A program made the position numbers and the translations under genes. Positions 52,536-62,395 of a stretch of DNA of 64,000 nucleotides are shown here, piece by piece. The notes under the pieces are model-generated. The model was given only the letters and a program-made list of their open reading frames with translations, had not been told where the DNA came from and searched no databases. The stretch covers positions 2,856 through 66,855 of the forward strand of contig JBFJCP010000010.1 in the NCBI GenBank assembly GCA_041615815.1, given 5' to 3'. Source of the stretch: Gemmatimonadales bacterium. Its GTDB lineage: Bacteria > Gemmatimonadota > Gemmatimonadetes > Gemmatimonadales > GWC2-71-9. Within the stretch, counting starts at the first letter, position 1. Each line of letters begins with the position of its first letter.

Positions 52536-54091
52536 TCATGCGGAAGACCCGAATGCAGGTGGTGGGTGTCATGGTGGGTGGACTGGTTGCCGCCAGCGGC
52601 GCTCACGGTCAGGACCCGGCGCCGCTGGGGCCCGTCCGGGCGTCGCTCGCGGTGGCCGAGGCCCGTGTGGCGCTGGTGGGACATACGCTGGAGGCGGCGG
52701 CACCGCAGCTCGCGGCGGTCGAAGCATCGCTCGGTGGCTGGGGGGTGATTGCTCCGATGGTGGAGCAAATCGAAGCGCGAGCCCCCGAGGCTTGGCTACG
52801 GCAAGATCCGGCGGATTCCCTGTACCGAGAGGCCCGAGAGGCCCTGAACCGGGGCAACTACGACCGCGCCGCAATCTTGTTCCGCGATCTCCGGCGTCGG
52901 TTTCCGCGATCAGGCTATGTGGCGGATTCGTATTACTGGGAGGCGTTTGCTCGGTATCGAGATGGTGGCGAAGAGCAGGACCGCGCGGCGTTGGATCTCC
53001 TCCGCCGTCAGGGCGAGACCCATCCGGATGCGGAGACCCGGGCATCGGCCGAAGTCTTGGCTACCCGGATCCGAGGGCGGTTGGCCGCGGCGGGAGACGC
53101 GCCTGCCGCCGAGCGCGTGGCGGTCATTGCCGCGCCACCGGCTCCCCCGGCCCCTGCCATTGCGCCGCCGGGGGCCCCTGCCATTGCGCCGCGTCCTGCG
53201 GCAGCCCCGCAATTCAGCGATCAGGACGACGACATTCGGATTGCTGCGCTCAACGCGCTCCTGCAAATGGATGCGGAGCAGGCCATCCCGATTCTCAAAC
53301 AGATTCTGGAGCGCCGCGACGCAGGGTCGACCCGCCTGCGACGCAAGGCGGTATTCCTGGTATCGCAGAAACGATCGCCCGAGACGGAGACGATCCTGCT
53401 CAACGTGATCCGCAACGATCCCGACTCGGACGTGCGGGCGCAGGGCGTGTTCTGGCTTTCGCAGGTGCCGACCGAAAACGCGGTGGCGGCGTTGGATTCC
53501 ATTCTCATGGCGTCCGACGATCGGCAAGTGCAGAAGAAAGCCATCTTCGCGCTGTCGCAACACAACAGCGAGCGCGCAGGACGGGCGCTGCGAGCCTACG
53601 CGCAGCGGCGGGATGCCCCTGAGGAATTGCGCCGGGATGCGATCTTCTGGCTGGGACAGCACTCGGCGGAAGCGAATCAGGCGTTCTTGCGTCAACTCTA
53701 CCCGAGCCTGCAGAGCTCCCGTTTGAAGGAGCGGGTCATATTCGCAATCTCGCAACGCGCAACCGCCGAGAACCAACGCTGGCTCCTGGATCTCGCACGC
53801 AATAGCAACGAGTCCATCGAGATGCGGAAGAAGGCGCTGTTCTGGGCAGGACAAAGTGGGGTCGCGATCTCGGAGCTCGTATCGCTCTACAGTGCCATCC
53901 CGGATCGAGAAATGCGCGAGCAGCTCATCTTCGTGTACTCGCAACGGTCCGATGGCGAAGCGGTGGACAAGCTCATGGATATCGCGCGCAACGACCCGAG
54001 TCCGGAGTTGCAGAAGAAGGCGGTGTTCTGGCTCGGGCAATCCAAGGATCCGCGCGTCGCCCAGTTCCTGCTGGAGATCATCAACCGATGA
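52532..54091 (+). CDS. exported HEAT-repeat protein (8 repeats)
   Basis: GTGA overlap. Signal MRKTRMQVVGVMVGGLVAASGAHG. Repeating xxxA(V/I)F(W/A)L(S/G)Q units: RRKAVFLVSQ, RAQGVFWLSQ, QKKAIFALSQ, RRDAIFWLGQ, KERVIFAISQ, RKKALFWAGQ, REQLIFVYSQ, QKKAVFWLGQ. Confidence 0.75.
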   Translation: MIMRKTRMQVVGVMVGGLVAASGAHGQDPAPLGPVRASLAVAEARVALVGHTLEAAAPQLAAVEASLGGWGVIAPMVEQIEARAPEAWLRQDPADSLYREAREALNRGNYDRAAILFRDLRRRFPRSGYVADSYYWEAFARYRDGGEEQDRAALDLLRRQGETHPDAETRASAEVLATRIRGRLAAAGDAPAAERVAVIAAPPAPPAPAIAPPGAPAIAPRPAAAPQFSDQDDDIRIAALNALLQMDAEQAIPILKQILERRDAGSTRLRRKAVFLVSQKRSPETETILLNVIRNDPDSDVRAQGVFWLSQVPTENAVAALDSILMASDDRQVQKKAIFALSQHNSERAGRALRAYAQRRDAPEELRRDAIFWLGQHSAEANQAFLRQLYPSLQSSRLKERVIFAISQRATAENQRWLLDLARNSNESIEMRKKALFWAGQSGVAISELVSLYSAIPDREMREQLIFVYSQRSDGEAVDKLMDIARNDPSPELQKKAVFWLGQSKDPRVAQFLLEIINR

Positions 54092-54888
54092 AGAACAAGA
54101 CGGAACGTGTCGCGGACCGTCGTTGGGTCGTGACCTCGTGGCAGCTGGTCGTTGCGTTCACGGCCGTGTTGGCGGCGCTTCCGAGGATGGGTCGAACGCA
54201 ATCGATTGCCGAACGTGTGGCCGGGGTGCGGGACGGCAAAGTGCGCATGAGCTTTGCCGCCAAGGAGGGTGTCTGTGGGGATGGGCGGTCCATCACGACG
54301 CACCGGAGCACCGAGGACTGGGAGGGTTGGTGTGAGGGGGGCCCGGTCCGAGTGGTGCTGCGACTCCGGCGTGGTGACGTCGTGGATCTCGATACGTTCG
54401 TTGGTGGGCGGTGGCGCGCGGCGGGTGAGGGGGTGGATCTTGGCCCGGTCTCCGCCCCGGCGGCTGCGGAGTTTCTGTTGTCGATCGCTCGCCGTTCCGG
54501 CGCTCAGGTGGGGAAGGCAGCAATCGTAGGGGCCGTGCTGGCAGACAGCGCCGTGGTGTGGCCGACCCTGCTGGCGATGGCCAAAGACCACGCGCGTCCA
54601 GGCGAGATTCGGCGCGCCGCCGTGTTCTGGTTGAGCCAGGCGGCGAGCGATCGTGCGACTGAGGGACTGGAAGAGATCGTCGACGACGATGCCACCGATC
54701 TCAAGGTCCGTGAGCACGCGGTGTTTGCCCTCTCGCAACGACCCCAGAATGAAGGCGTGCCGGCGCTCATCCGGGTGGCACGGAGTCACAACAGTCCCAG
54801 GATCAGAAAAAAGGCACTTTTCTGGCTGGGGCAAAGCGCCGATCCCCGAGCTATCCAGTTGTTCGAGGAAATTCTGCTACAGCCGTAA
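54088..54888 (+). CDS. exported HEAT-repeat protein (3 repeats)
   Basis: ATGA overlap. Signal-like N-terminus. RRAAVFWLSQ, REHAVFALSQ, RKKALFWLGQ. Confidence 0.7.
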   Translation: MKNKTERVADRRWVVTSWQLVVAFTAVLAALPRMGRTQSIAERVAGVRDGKVRMSFAAKEGVCGDGRSITTHRSTEDWEGWCEGGPVRVVLRLRRGDVVDLDTFVGGRWRAAGEGVDLGPVSAPAAAEFLLSIARRSGAQVGKAAIVGAVLADSAVVWPTLLAMAKDHARPGEIRRAAVFWLSQAASDRATEGLEEIVDDDATDLKVREHAVFALSQRPQNEGVPALIRVARSHNSPRIRKKALFWLGQSADPRAIQLFEEILLQP

Positions 54889-55011
54889 GCGTTCCCCTGG
54901 TCGAGAACCCACGGGACCAGCTTCCCCCAGCCAGTTGCCCAAACCCCTCCGCCTGATCATTAGTGTATTGACCAGTCGCACGCGCCTGTCTCAACCCCAG
55001 GAGCCTGTCGA

Positions 55012-56466
55012 ATGATTGCTAGTGCTGCCCGAGTGAGAACCATCCTCCTCATCGTTGTTGCAAGCACCGTTGCGGCCTGCGCCACCAATCCCGCCACCGG
55101 TCGGCGGCAATTGATGCTCGTCAGCGAGGGGCAGGAGATTGCGATGGGCCAGGAGGCCGATCCGCAGATCGTGGCGCAGTTCGGACTCTACCCGGACGAG
55201 TCCCTCCAACAGTACCTCGACGGAATCGGCCAGCGGTTGGCCTCGCTCTCTGAGCGTCCCGATCTGCCGTGGACCTTCCGGCTACTGGACGATCCGGTGG
55301 TCAATGCGTTCGCTCTACCCGGCGGTTTCAACTACATCACGCGCGGGATCATGGTGCACTTCAATTCGGAAGCCGAGCTGGCGGGCGTGATGGGTCACGA
55401 GCTCGGCCATGTCACCGCACGGCATTCAGCGGCCCAGATGACGCAGCAGACGCTCGCCGGTGTGGGGCTTGTGGCGGGGATGATTCTCGTGCCGGATCTC
55501 CAGGACTACGCCGGGCTCGCCGGTGCCGGGCTCCAACTCATGTTCCTCCGCTTCAGCCGGGATGACGAACGAGAGGCGGACGATCTGGGTCTGCGCTACA
55601 TCTACCGCGCCGGATATGATCCCCGGGAAATGCCCAACGTCTTTGCCATGCTCGAGCGCGTGAGCCGCGCGAGTGGGGCGGGTCGAGTGCCCGGGTGGCT
55701 CTCGACCCATCCCGACCCCGCCGATCGGCAGGAGCGGATTCGGGAGAAGATCGCGGCGCTGCCGGTTCAGGACTTTTCCGCCCTGGTGGTGGCGCGTGAT
55801 GAGTACCTTCGGCGTCTCGACGGCATGGTCTACGGGCCCAACCCTCGCGAGGGCTACTTTCGTGGGCAGAATTTCTTGCACCCTGATCTCGAATTCCAGC
55901 TGACGTTTCCGCCCAACTGGCGGACGATGAACCAGAAACGGGCGGTCCTGGCACAACCGCCCGATCGGGACGGCCTGTTCGAACTGACGCTTGCCCAGGT
56001 GGCGTCACCCATGGAGGGTGCACAGGGGTTTCTGGCCGAGGAGGGTGTCAGCGGTGGGCCTGCGCGTTCCGGCAACATCAATGGACACTCGGCTGCGACC
56101 GCAGGCTTTCGCGCACAAACGAATCAGGGGGTGCTAGAGGGCATCGTCACATTCATTGCCTATCGAGGCAACGTCTATCGGCTCATGGGCTACGCTCCGA
56201 GAGAACGGTGGCGCGTCTACAATCAAGACATGCGCGCCATCACGGGAACGTTCGATCGCCTGACCGACCAGGAAGCGCTGAACGCGCAGCCGTTACGCAT
56301 TCGTGTTGACCAAGTGAGCGGCGCCATGACGTTATCTGAGTTCGTGGCGCGGGAACCCTCGCCCGTCGCAGTCGAGACGGTGGCTCTCCTGAATCAGATG
56401 GAGCCCACCACGATGCTTACACGGGGGCAGCTGGTGAAACGGGTGGTAGGCCAGACGCCTCCGTAA
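55012..56466 (+). CDS. M48-family zinc metalloprotease lipoprotein
   Basis: Lipobox VAACAT. Zinc motif MGHELGHVTARH plus a downstream E (EREADDLG). Confidence 0.85.
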   Translation: MIASAARVRTILLIVVASTVAACATNPATGRRQLMLVSEGQEIAMGQEADPQIVAQFGLYPDESLQQYLDGIGQRLASLSERPDLPWTFRLLDDPVVNAFALPGGFNYITRGIMVHFNSEAELAGVMGHELGHVTARHSAAQMTQQTLAGVGLVAGMILVPDLQDYAGLAGAGLQLMFLRFSRDDEREADDLGLRYIYRAGYDPREMPNVFAMLERVSRASGAGRVPGWLSTHPDPADRQERIREKIAALPVQDFSALVVARDEYLRRLDGMVYGPNPREGYFRGQNFLHPDLEFQLTFPPNWRTMNQKRAVLAQPPDRDGLFELTLAQVASPMEGAQGFLAEEGVSGGPARSGNINGHSAATAGFRAQTNQGVLEGIVTFIAYRGNVYRLMGYAPRERWRVYNQDMRAITGTFDRLTDQEALNAQPLRIRVDQVSGAMTLSEFVAREPSPVAVETVALLNQMEPTTMLTRGQLVKRVVGQTPP

Positions 56467-56580
56467 GCGTAGCAAAGCGGCACGCGCAGCTGCTGCTGCA
56501 CTAGAACCGGCAGGAATGGATGCAGGGGAAGAAGTGGCGGGGGTGGATGGAAACAAAGAGCCGATGGCCGTCGGGAGCTG

Positions 56581-57276
56581 CTACACGGCTTTTGGTGGAT
56601 ACACACGGACCTCGGAGCCCACGGCGAAGATCGTGGACACCGGGGTCCGCTCGTTCAGGAAACCCCAGCGATTGCCATACAGGGCGCGAAAGTCGATGTC
56701 GTAGTCGACATCCCGGAGTTCACGGATGGCCCACTCGGGGTGCTCGACGCGGTACCGGAGCAGCCTTCCGCTTCGCGTCGTCCCGAATCCCCACGTGTGT
56801 TCCTTGAAGTGGTGCTCGACGGACGAATCGGGTGGCACGCTGCTGGTGATGGAACCCACGGCCCGCAGGCGATACGCTCCGAATCGGTGTGTCACGGTAA
56901 CCAGGCCGTCACCGCTCCGCGTGCTGCTCCGCATGGCCAATACTTGATAGGGTTCGTTGTACCGCCATCGTGCGACCGTTGCCACCAACCGCGATGGGAC
57001 CAGTTCGCGCAGGAAGATCACGCCCCGATCGTCCTGGTGCCGGGCATAGGTGCGCAGGTTGATCTCCGGGAAGTTCTCGAGTCCCGGCACTAGGCAGCCC
57101 ATAACGCGCGTGTCGCGAAAATCGAACGCCACCAAGCTCACATGCGTGCAGCCGCTCCACCGATCCGGCTCCAGCTCGCGATGGAGTGCTGCGCGGACGA
57201 GCTTGGCCGGTGCTTCGAAGGTCAGCAGCACCAGGTTGGCCCAGCGCGCCGTGAGAAATGGTCGGGGCTCGCTCAC
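56581..57276 (-). CDS. DUF2071 (YqjF-like) family protein
   Basis: GTG start. PFLTARWANLVLLTFEAP is the family-typical N-terminus. Confidence 0.6.
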   Translation of the reverse strand: MSEPRPFLTARWANLVLLTFEAPAKLVRAALHRELEPDRWSGCTHVSLVAFDFRDTRVMGCLVPGLENFPEINLRTYARHQDDRGVIFLRELVPSRLVATVARWRYNEPYQVLAMRSSTRSGDGLVTVTHRFGAYRLRAVGSITSSVPPDSSVEHHFKEHTWGFGTTRSGRLLRYRVEHPEWAIRELRDVDYDIDFRALYGNRWGFLNERTPVSTIFAVGSEVRVYPPKAV

Positions 57277-57365
57277 GGCGAGCGCCCCATCGAGCCGCCC
57301 GTGCGCGGAACTGGCCCCGAAACTATCGTTGCATATGGAGCGGTGATGCTTTCAGGAGGAACCGA

Positions 57366-57794
57366 TTGAACGTCGATCCTGCTCAGCCAGTGGTGCTTGC
57401 GTCCCCCCGATTGCTGCATGCCATGCTCGTTGCTGGGGTGGTCATCATCATGGTTGTGTTGGGGGTGGTACGCGCGGCGTCGGCTTTGGATCCTCTGACG
57501 TCGCTCATCCCTTACTTCCGGTTGGCAGCCATGGGAGTGTTGATCGCATCGTATGTCGTCATGTGGATCCTCCGACTTCGGATCGAGCCTCGCCGCGCCA
57601 CCGAAGACCGCCGCCACTGGTGGCAACGTCATTTGACCACCGCACTGGCGGTGTGGGCTCTTGCCGAGGGGGCCGCAATGGTTGGCGCCGTGTTCTGGTT
57701 TCTCACGGGGGATACGATCATCCTCGTTGGTGTCGCCGGTCTCGCGCTGACACTCTTGGTGATGAATCGACCGGGGCGTCTCGAAGAGGGCTAG
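57366..57794 (+). CDS. hypothetical membrane protein (4 TM)
   Basis: TTG 57366 is preceded by AGGAGG 8 nt upstream; the longer ORF from 57258 overlaps the divergent gene. Four hydrophobic segments. Confidence 0.55.
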   Translation: MNVDPAQPVVLASPRLLHAMLVAGVVIIMVVLGVVRAASALDPLTSLIPYFRLAAMGVLIASYVVMWILRLRIEPRRATEDRRHWWQRHLTTALAVWALAEGAAMVGAVFWFLTGDTIILVGVAGLALTLLVMNRPGRLEEG

Positions 57795-59275
57795 GCCTGC
57801 TCCTCCTCAACCGCGCCGGCCCCGGGCTCGGGATCGTGGGGCAGGCTGCCGCGGGGTGATCGGAGGTAGCCGAACGGTGTTTGGAAAAGAAAGTTCGAGA
57901 CGCGTGACATGTAGATGTCCGCGTGTCGCTCCACCTGACGTGCCAGATGGCTCTTGTCATTGCCCGCCCGCATCAGGGGTCCCCAATTGGAATTGTTCAG
58001 CGCGCTGGCGGCACTCGCCAACGGTGAAATCTCCGCATCCAGCGCCATGATCTCTTCCCGGGTCGACGCGAGTCGTCGTTCGAGAACCCCGATTGACGTG
58101 CGTGGCGAGGGCCCATAGGCCTCCCGCTTCCGCTGCAGCTGGAGCCGCAGCTGATACATCTCGTACTCCAGACGTTCCTTTTGCTTCATGAGCGTTGTAA
58201 GACGGTGCTGCTGCGGTTCGAAGTCCACCGAGGCCGCGAAATCAGCCTCCAACTCGCGCAGCACGAGAGCCGTACGCCATCGGGATACACTCTTCGATAC
58301 CTGGACGTCGGTATACAGGTGGTCCCCCACATAAAGAATCTCGTCGCCGGACATGCCAAGGTACCGCTCCACTGCCGGGGCATTGCCACCGAGATAGATC
58401 CCTCCGTGCCGGATTCCCCAAGGCGAGGGTCGCAATAGCCCGTCATCGTTCACGACTTCGAATACCGGATTTGGGGACGAGAAAAAACTGGGTTTGCGGG
58501 CGGACACAATGATGACGTCGAAGAGATCACGCCACGTCATGTCATCGGGCAAGTACGCGTCAAACGCGTACGTCATCATGGCACGGGTGTAGTCCCACTC
58601 CGAATTGGTAATTGCGAGGAGCTTCTTCCCCGCATGCCGCTGGTCCAAAATGGCGAGCGGTAGGTCCGGATCCAGTTCGACGAACCGATCTGGATCGGCG
58701 ATGATCTCCGCCTTGAGCTCCCCCTCCATATGCGCTTCGTCTATCGACGTCCGAACCGCCCGGTACAGGTCCGTGTATCCGAGCACGCCTTCGATCTTTC
58801 CGGCGTCCAAGAGATCGACGAGCTGGGCGTACATACAGGCCTCGGACAGGGAGAACAGGGTGTTGAGGAACTGAAACCGCGGTTCGTTGAGGTCCACGAG
58901 AATACGAGCGTAGGTCTCACGTTGCTCATCGAAGCTCGTCCGACTCGTTCCGTGAAAGGCACGTTTGACATAGCCGAAGCGATTGGCCTTGACCAAGTTC
59001 CCTCGCTCGATGTCGAGGATGAGGCCGCGGACGATCAGTTGCGGATCGAACTCGAGATCCTGAACCGGCCAGCCAAACGCCAAGAGCTTTTGGCGCAGAT
59101 GCTCGTACGCGCGTCGCTCCCACTCTTCGATCCGATAGTGGATGAGCGTGTAATCCATGTCGTACCCGATGGCCTTGATGGCGCGGAGGTTGAGCGTTCG
59201 GTTGCAGAAGATCTGACGCTCCCGCCCCGGGGTCGGTGAGTCGTGGGGCTGGGGGAGCGGTTGGGCGGTGCTCAC
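57791..59275 (-). CDS. HAD-superfamily cytosolic 5'-nucleotidase (cN-II/5_nucleotid family)-like protein
   Basis: Trimmed to GTG 59275 (GTGA overlap with the thiD stop). IFCNRTLNLRAIKAIGYDMDYTLIHY (DxDxT nucleophile motif), ITNSEWDYT, LYVGDHLYTDV. Helical C-terminal extension. Confidence 0.75.
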   Translation of the reverse strand: MSTAQPLPQPHDSPTPGRERQIFCNRTLNLRAIKAIGYDMDYTLIHYRIEEWERRAYEHLRQKLLAFGWPVQDLEFDPQLIVRGLILDIERGNLVKANRFGYVKRAFHGTSRTSFDEQRETYARILVDLNEPRFQFLNTLFSLSEACMYAQLVDLLDAGKIEGVLGYTDLYRAVRTSIDEAHMEGELKAEIIADPDRFVELDPDLPLAILDQRHAGKKLLAITNSEWDYTRAMMTYAFDAYLPDDMTWRDLFDVIIVSARKPSFFSSPNPVFEVVNDDGLLRPSPWGIRHGGIYLGGNAPAVERYLGMSGDEILYVGDHLYTDVQVSKSVSRWRTALVLRELEADFAASVDFEPQQHRLTTLMKQKERLEYEMYQLRLQLQRKREAYGPSPRTSIGVLERRLASTREEIMALDAEISPLASAASALNNSNWGPLMRAGNDKSHLARQVERHADIYMSRVSNFLFQTPFGYLRSPRGSLPHDPEPGAGAVEEEQA

Positions 59276-60078
59276 GACGGCATCACCTCCAAACCCGGCA
59301 CAGGAGCAAAGTGGTTGAGGGGACCGTGGCCTTGGCCAATCCCAGGCGCGGTGGCGATGCCCTCGTGCACGAACGCCAGCGCCTCGCGGACGGCACGGTC
59401 CAGATCCCATTCCAAGGCGAGGCCGGCGGCGACCGCGGCGGAAAGCGTGCAACCCGTTCCGTGCGTCGATGTCGTCTGGATTCGCGGCTGTGAGACATGG
59501 TGCACCGTATCGCCATACACGAGCACATCCACGACCTCGTCTCCCTCCAGGTGTCCGCCTTTGACCACTGCGGCGGTGGCCCCCATGGCCACCAGGGCGC
59601 GGCCGGCACGCTCCAGATCGGTGATCGAATCGATGCGTTCGCCCGCGAGAATCTGAGCCTCGTCCCGATTGGGCGTGACCACGGTGGCGAGCGGAACGAG
59701 TTGGCGTCCCACGAGCTGCTCAGCAGCCGGCTCGAGCAGCCGGTCACCCGAGGTCGCGACCATCACGGGATCCAGCACGTAATTGGGGAATCCGTGCCGC
59801 GCCATCGCGTGGGCCACGACCTCCACGAGCTCGCCCGTAGCGAGCATCCCGCTCTTCACGGCGTTGGGGGGGAGGTCCGCTGCCACGGCGTCGAGCTGAG
59901 CTGCTACGATCTCTGGCGGAACCGGGTGAATGGCGGCAACCCCCTTGGTGTTCTGGGCGGTGATGGCTACAACGGCTGAGGTGCCAAAGACCCGATACTG
60001 GTGAAAAGTCTTCAGATCCGCTTGGATCCCGGCCCCGCCACCGGAGTCCGAGCCTGCGATCGTCAACGCAATTCTCAT
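59272..60078 (-). CDS. thiD: hydroxymethylpyrimidine/phosphomethylpyrimidine kinase
   Basis: [48 protein letters not shown]. Confidence 0.92.
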   Translation of the reverse strand: MRIALTIAGSDSGGGAGIQADLKTFHQYRVFGTSAVVAITAQNTKGVAAIHPVPPEIVAAQLDAVAADLPPNAVKSGMLATGELVEVVAHAMARHGFPNYVLDPVMVATSGDRLLEPAAEQLVGRQLVPLATVVTPNRDEAQILAGERIDSITDLERAGRALVAMGATAAVVKGGHLEGDEVVDVLVYGDTVHHVSQPRIQTTSTHGTGCTLSAAVAAGLALEWDLDRAVREALAFVHEGIATAPGIGQGHGPLNHFAPVPGLEVMPS

Positions 60079-60149
60079 CTTCGCCTATCTCGCGCGAATC
60101 CAGTCACTTGGCGGACGGGGGCAGTGGGGTAAATTCGTGGCCAGCACTC

Positions 60150-60920
60150 ATGAACTCCAATCTCATCACGCTGATCCGAAATCTGCAACATCGGAAAGGG
60201 CGCCGGCGCCGCGGCCTCGCCGTGGCTGAAGGCGTGCGACTGGTAGACGAGGCGCTCAAAGCGAGCGTGCCGTTCCGTGGTGCCGTGGTGAGTCCGGTGG
60301 GGAAGAGCACACCACTCGGTCGGAACCTCCTCGGTGCACTCGCCGCCCACGCCGTCCCCATCGAGGAGATCGGCGAGCGGGAGTTGGCGACGTTGGCGGA
60401 CACGGACACCCCCCAGGGGATCCTGGCCGTGATCGAGCCGCCACGATTTACCCTCTCAGACATCAAGCCCCACGATCGATTCCCGATCCTCGTGTTGGAT
60501 GGCGTCCAAGACCCGGGCAACGTCGGAGCCCTGCTCCGCACCGCCTTCGCCCTCGGGGCGCCCGGCGCCATCCTGCTGAAAGGCACAGCCGACGCCACGA
60601 ATCCCAAGGTTCTGCGTGCCGGCATGGGGGCGTCGTTTCGGCTTCCGGCAGCCACCGCTGATGAGACCACGTTCGCAGAGTGGGTGCGGGAGCACGACGC
60701 GAGCGTATGGGCGGCTGACGCGCAGGGGGTCCGGCTGGAGCGTCTGGATCCGCCGCCGCGGCTTGCCATCGCCGTGGGGAACGAAGGAGCCGGCCTACGG
60801 CCGGCGGTCGCAAGTCTCGCCAAGCAACGGGTTGCCATCGGGCTTGCTCGCGGGGCGGAATCCCTCAACGTCACGGTGGCAGCAGGCATCCTGCTCTACG
60901 AGGTGCAGCGTGATCGGTGA
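60150..60920 (+). CDS. TrmH/SpoU-family RNA 2'-O-methyltransferase
   Basis: Start ATG 60150 preferred over 60108. [44 protein letters not shown]. Confidence 0.85.
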   Translation: MNSNLITLIRNLQHRKGRRRRGLAVAEGVRLVDEALKASVPFRGAVVSPVGKSTPLGRNLLGALAAHAVPIEEIGERELATLADTDTPQGILAVIEPPRFTLSDIKPHDRFPILVLDGVQDPGNVGALLRTAFALGAPGAILLKGTADATNPKVLRAGMGASFRLPAATADETTFAEWVREHDASVWAADAQGVRLERLDPPPRLAIAVGNEGAGLRPAVASLAKQRVAIGLARGAESLNVTVAAGILLYEVQRDR

Positions 60921-61683
60921 TCCTTTGGTCTTGATGGTCGCGGGTGTGTTCGGTGCGATGCTCGGCAGCTTCCTGAACGTGTGCATCGTCCGACTTCCCA
61001 AAGACGAATCGATCGTCAGTCCCCGCTCGCGATGTCCCCGCTGCCACACCCCCGTGGCCTGGTTCGACAACGTGCCGGTGCTGTCGTGGATCCTGCTCCG
61101 CGGGAAGTGTCGACACTGCGGCGAGACCATCTCAGTGCAGTACCCGGCCATCGAGCTGCTCACGGCGACGATCTGGATAGGCGCGGTCTGGTACTACGGC
61201 ATCACCCTCACGGCTCTTGCGGCGGGCATGCTGGGGACCATCCTGCTGGGCATCGCCGTGACGGACGCGCGACACTACCTGATTCCAGACGAGTACACGT
61301 TCGGAGGGCTCGCCGTGGGCCTGGTGCTCTCGCTGCGCGGTGGCCTCGATGGTCTGGTCGCGGCTCTGGTGGGAGCGCTGGTAGGATTCGGGGTGCTCTA
61401 TGCGGTGGCCTTCATCGGGGAGAAAGCCCTCGGTAAGGAAGCGATGGGTGGCGGAGACATCAAGATGATGGCCATGGTCGGGGCATTTGTGGGGTGGCGG
61501 GGCGTGCTCCTCACCATCTTTGGGGGCGCCTTGCTGGGGACCCTGATCTTCGTCCCGATCTCACTCTTGTCGAAAGACAAGCCGCTCGTTCCATTCGGCG
61601 TGTTCCTGGCCGGCGCCGCCGCCCTGGTGTTCGTGTTTGGCGACGCGGTGTGGCAATGGTACATGGGGTTCGTCGGCGGGTAG
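60910..61683 (+). CDS. pilD: prepilin peptidase (A24 family, PilD-like)
   Basis: ORF 60616 trimmed to GTG 60910 (or ATG 60934). Zinc-binding CPRC...CRHC, catalytic Asp contexts AVTDARHYLIPDE and GGGDIKMMAMVG. Confidence 0.85.
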   Translation: MIGDPLVLMVAGVFGAMLGSFLNVCIVRLPKDESIVSPRSRCPRCHTPVAWFDNVPVLSWILLRGKCRHCGETISVQYPAIELLTATIWIGAVWYYGITLTALAAGMLGTILLGIAVTDARHYLIPDEYTFGGLAVGLVLSLRGGLDGLVAALVGALVGFGVLYAVAFIGEKALGKEAMGGGDIKMMAMVGAFVGWRGVLLTIFGGALLGTLIFVPISLLSKDKPLVPFGVFLAGAAALVFVFGDAVWQWYMGFVGG

Positions 61684-61809
61684 GGCGGACGGGTGGTGGG
61701 TCAGAACGAACCAAAGCGGGAGGTGGTGGGGGGTCTGCAAGCCGCGCTTTCCCCTCTGGCCGGCCCGCGCTCCCCGTAAACCTTTCGACGTATTCAACTA
61801 TCCAAACGA

Positions 61810-62382
61810 GTGCATGCAGCTGATAGGCCTCGAGGGGTGCAGGCCCTGAAAAATCGGCAGGATACGCTCCAAGCGGATCCTGACGCGGTCGATGCCACGC
61901 TGGCCGCGAGTGGGGACGTGCATGCCTTCGAGCGCCTGTACCACGGTCATGTGGCTCGAATTCACAGCCTCGCGCGGAGGATGATGGGGCCTGAGGACGC
62001 GGACGAGGCGACGCAGGACGCGTTCGTGCGAGCCTGGGAAAAGCTCAGCACGTTTCGCGGGGAGTCAGCGTTCGGAACGTGGCTGCACCGCTTGGCGATC
62101 AACGTGATGTTGGCAGAGCGGACCCGCCGCGGCCGGCGCTGGCATCGGGAACTCGCGGTGGAGATAGAGGGGGAGGCGACCACGAGTAGTCCGGAACTTC
62201 GGATGGACTTCGAGCGGGCGATGAGCCACCTGCCGGCGGGGGCTCGGGAGGTATTCGTGCTTCACGACATCGAGGGTTTCAAGCATCACGAGATCGGGGA
62301 GATGTTGGGAATCGCAGCGGGAACCTCCAAGGCACAGCTTCATCGCGCGCGCATGGCGCTGCGACAGCACCTGGATCGATGA
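61810..62382 (+). CDS. ECF-type RNA polymerase sigma-70 factor
   Basis: HSLARRMMGPEDADEATQDAFVRAW (region 2), VFVLHDIEGFKHHEIGEMLGIAAGTSKAQLHRAR (region 4). Start is GTG 61810 or 61837. Confidence 0.88.
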   Translation: MHAADRPRGVQALKNRQDTLQADPDAVDATLAASGDVHAFERLYHGHVARIHSLARRMMGPEDADEATQDAFVRAWEKLSTFRGESAFGTWLHRLAINVMLAERTRRGRRWHRELAVEIEGEATTSSPELRMDFERAMSHLPAGAREVFVLHDIEGFKHHEIGEMLGIAAGTSKAQLHRARMALRQHLDR

Positions 62383-62395
62383 TAGGAGCAGCAAG

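Noticed and set aside
52513-54040. 369-aa (+) and 376-aa (-) ORFs overlapping the HEAT-repeat gene
   Set aside because: These are alternate-frame and antisense shadows. Only the frame at 52532 gives a signal peptide and eight regular HEAT-like repeats.
52532-54888. Repeated A(V/I)F(W/A)L(S/G)Q-coding units as a DNA tandem repeat or CRISPR-like array
   Set aside because: The repeats are at protein level only (HEAT units of ~31 aa with divergent codons) and lie inside continuous ORFs.
60079-60149. TPP riboswitch upstream of thiD
   Set aside because: The spacer is only 71 nt, and I could not find the conserved CUGAGA / ACCUGA elements on the thiD strand.
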